DNA of 63,014 nucleotides, the filler included, from Reclinomonas americana ATCC 50394 (taxonomy: Eukaryota), in assembly GCA_048213135.1 (NCBI GenBank). It is 5 parts of 2 records of this genome, joined end to end, with 100 filler letters (N's around TTAATTAATTAA, not from the genome) between each part and the next. Parts side by side here need not be neighbours in the genome. Positions count along the whole stretch, not along the records: positions 56,465 to 63,014 come from PS015212.1; 4 more parts are not named here. One strand, 5' to 3'. The number at the start of each line of letters is the position of its first letter. The first letter of the stretch is position 1. The notes beneath the pieces are model-generated. The model saw nothing but the letters and a program-made list of their open reading frames with translations. It was not told the DNA's origin and made no database searches. The translations under genes were made by a program, and so were the position numbers. Positions 60,323 to 63,014 of this stretch are shown in pieces.

Positions 60323-60960
60323 TCAACGCGTGCCTCTTGTCTCTTCACGTGCGCGCTGAACGACGATGAAATTTTGGTGGCACGAAGAGGGGACTCTCTT
60401 GAGTGGTGACTCTGTCTCGCTCGCTCCCTCACGCACTCTCTTTCTCTCGCGCGCGTAAATAAAACGACGGGTGAGAGCGTCGCGGAGACGCGGGATTATA
60501 ATACGAAAATTGAAAACCAGACCGCAAATTGAGGACGGCCGTCGACTGGAATGGGCTGGTGGAAAAGCACTTGTTTGCGTGCGAGGTGAGCTGCGTGTGC
60601 ATGCGTGCCTGGCTCTCTTTCACTATGTGTTCCACGTGTGCACGGGGGGCCTCTACGGCGCCGCGTCTCGTTTCTGTTTGTTTGTGCGGAACACAAGGAT
60701 GGGCCATCTCTCCCTCACGCGCTTGCTCTCCCTCTCTGTTTCAATCGCTTCATTGCTGGGCACGTGCACATGTGCGGGTATCTCTCTTTCTTATTCCCGA
60801 ACAGCTCCTCTGTCTACCCCACCGCGCGCTTTGATAAGTGCGCGAACAATATAGCGTCACTCCAACTCCGAGAGTGTCGTCAGCCGTGTTCACTCAATCT
60901 CTCTCTCCCCCCCTCTCTCTCACACACACAGAGAGACAGGTTCATCGCGCACCACGCACC

Positions 60961-62746
60961 ATGAGCGTGCAAGACGCCGCGCCACTGCAGCTAGCGCTGA
61001 CAGGCGACGACGGTGTTTCCACGACTGCTGCCACTGATGTGGGCGGAGGCGGAGGAGGTGACGACGACGACGATAGTGGAGACGCGAGCGGAGACGACTG
61101 GCGCACCGCACTGCGCATGTCGCTGGATCTGGTGGCCGAGCGCAAGGGCAAGGCCGCAGCGGCTGCAGCAGCGGCGGCGGCATCGGCCACGTACTCGTCG
61201 TCCAGTGGTGCGCTGTCGCCCACGGCCGCGGCTGCAGTGGCCGCCTTCCAGTCGCCCACGGCGTCGTTTGTGGCCGCGTCTCATCCTCCGCCCTCTCCAC
61301 CGGCGCTGTCGCCGACTTCGTCCATGTCGTCCACGGCGGCATCGTCGCTGTCGTCGACCAATGCGCACGGAGCACCGCCTCCGCCGCCACCGCGTGTCTC
61401 CATGTCCATGCCGACTGGCGTCGGGCAGCTGCTGCTCGGTGCGTTGGGAGCCACGGGCGAAGGCAGTGGGTCGACGACGGCACTCGATGGGAGTGCGTCG
61501 GGCCTGGTGGCTGCCATTTCAAGCTCAACGCCGAATATCGAATCGCCGCTGTCGGCCGCGGCCGCCGCGGCCAATGCTGTTCCGACGCATCATCATGGCA
61601 GCCTCGGCTCGACGGCCACGCTATCGTCGTCGCCGGTGGCTGTGACGGGTCCCGACGGCGTCATGCGACTCATCCCGTCGACGGCGCTGGTGGGCGGTCA
61701 TTCGCCGTCGGCACGCGGCTCGGCCTCCACGGCCTCCAGCAAGAGTCGGAGGCGACGAAAGAAGAAGAAGGTATTGGTTCGATGTCTGCACTCTGTGTCT
61801 TGTCTGGCGAAGCTCATGCGTGCCTGCAGGGTGAGGACGGAACGGATGAGGGCGACGACAGTGAGGAGTCCACGCGCCGACGTCGCGTCGATCCTTTGGT
61901 TTGTTTTTTCGTCGTCGTCGTCGTCCGCATTTGTCCGGTGTGCTGATAGTCGGTACAGAAGAATCACATCAGCGAGGAATGGTTGTGGACGGGAACTGGA
62001 GGCGTACCCCCTGATCCTGACATGTCACAGGTGGGTGATTGTTTTTGAGGAGGGGAGGCAGTGAGAATGCGTGGGCACACGCAGGTCGGTTTCGACGCTG
62101 AATGTGTTTTTCCCGTGAGAGGAGCGATTGGGGAATCGTTGATCGGGCGCTCGCGTTTGCGGGTCGACCGATATCGTGGGGGAAAGGGAGAGAGAGTGAG
62201 AGAGGGCCAGCGAAAGAGAGTCTTGCGTTAGAAAGAGAACGTGTGTGTGGCCGACGTGTGAGGCTGATCAGACCCACGATGTTGATGTCACACGCACCCT
62301 TGTCGTTCTGGGGCCAACTTCTTGTGCAACACTGCCACCAGAGAGCACACCGTGATCTGCGCCATGTGGGTTTCCGCATGCTTGTGTGGACAGAGAGCCA
62401 GTCGCTTGACACTTCTGTGTTGCTGACTATGTTGTGTGTGTGCGTCCAGGTGTCACAGTCGGAAGTGTTGCCCGATTATGTGGCCACTGACGAGACGCTG
62501 GCCGAGGTGAGTCCAGTCGCACGGCTGTGGGCAGTGACATGGGAAGAGGAGCACTCACATCCCCCCGACTGGCAGATGCGTCGCAAGCTGGAAAAGTACT
62601 ATTTCACACTGAAGGACTGGTTGAATACTCGGAAGCAGCAGATGTTTGAGTGGCCCGCCGATCGGCGTCGTGCCAAGCTGCAGAACGAGATTCTGTCAGA
62701 GATGAAGAAGCTGCGGCGGCGTTGCATGTTTCGAGCGATGCGATGG
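60961..62746 (+). CDS. Hypothetical protein with Ser/Ala/Pro-rich N-terminus, basic NLS-like patch and helical domain (3' partial)
   Basis: ATG at 60961, long low-complexity exon ending RRRRKKKK|GT. Later exons read EEWLWTGTGG and MRRKLEKYYFTLKDWLNTRKQQMFEWP. Confidence 0.6.
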
Positions 62747-62794
62747 TGAGTGCACGCAGTGGGAAAAAATCCGCGATGCGACGTGCTCACCGAT

Positions 62795-62796
<2 letters not shown>

Positions 62797-62888
<92 letters not shown>

Positions 62889-63014
62889 GTCGTACGTACG
62901 TACGTACGTACGTACGTACGTACGTACGACGTACGGTACGGTACGGTACGGTACGGTCGGTACGTACGTACGTACGTAGTACGTACGTACGTACGTACGG
63001 ACGTACGGTCGTCG
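62797..63014. repeat. (GT)n followed by (TACG)n/(GTACG)n microsatellites
   Basis: Directly visible. Confidence 0.95.

Noticed and set aside
62887-63014. Telomeric repeat
   Set aside because: An irregular TACG/GTACG microsatellite following (GT)n, downstream of a splice donor, so probably intronic.
1-63014. Alternative genetic code or stop readthrough
   Set aside because: In the well-conserved genes, in-frame stops are explained by introns, and TAA, TAG and TGA all occur as terminators.

Overview
Intron-rich, GC-rich nuclear DNA of an unidentified microbial eukaryote. The window is five unrelated scaffolds joined by N-TTAATTAATTAA-N linkers (about 1-19655, 19757-41276, 41377-46686, 46787-56364, 56465-63014), with many internal gaps. 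All gene models were spliced by hand and lack transcript support. They include: a tandem pair of ankyrin-coiled-coil-kinase paralogues (one with a DZIP3-type HEPN-like RNase domain, the other with an IRAK/Pelle-type kinase); a possible Crinkler-like NTPase; a Josephin deubiquitinase; an SLC35F5-like transporter; a bacterial-type class IV HDAC; a kinase-pseudokinase tandem; an F-box/LRR protein; an ALDH1/2; a protein with H-type-lectin-like repeats; an EGF-cadherin protein ending in an apparently inactive GH-A barrel; and a 7TM protein. The main observations are four. (1) The ANK-CC-HEPN-kinase has the same parts as RNase L in a different order and sits in a putative immunity cluster. (2) A large class of one-nucleotide-shifted 5' splice sites (GTTGCG/GTTTCG/GTTACG/GTTGAG) occurs alongside 5-14 nt micro-exons. 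(3) The ALDH gene contains a candidate nested twin intron ([D1,2]/[A2,3] stwintron). (4) Three gap-bounded contigs appear to be inverted inside genes, most likely an assembly artefact.
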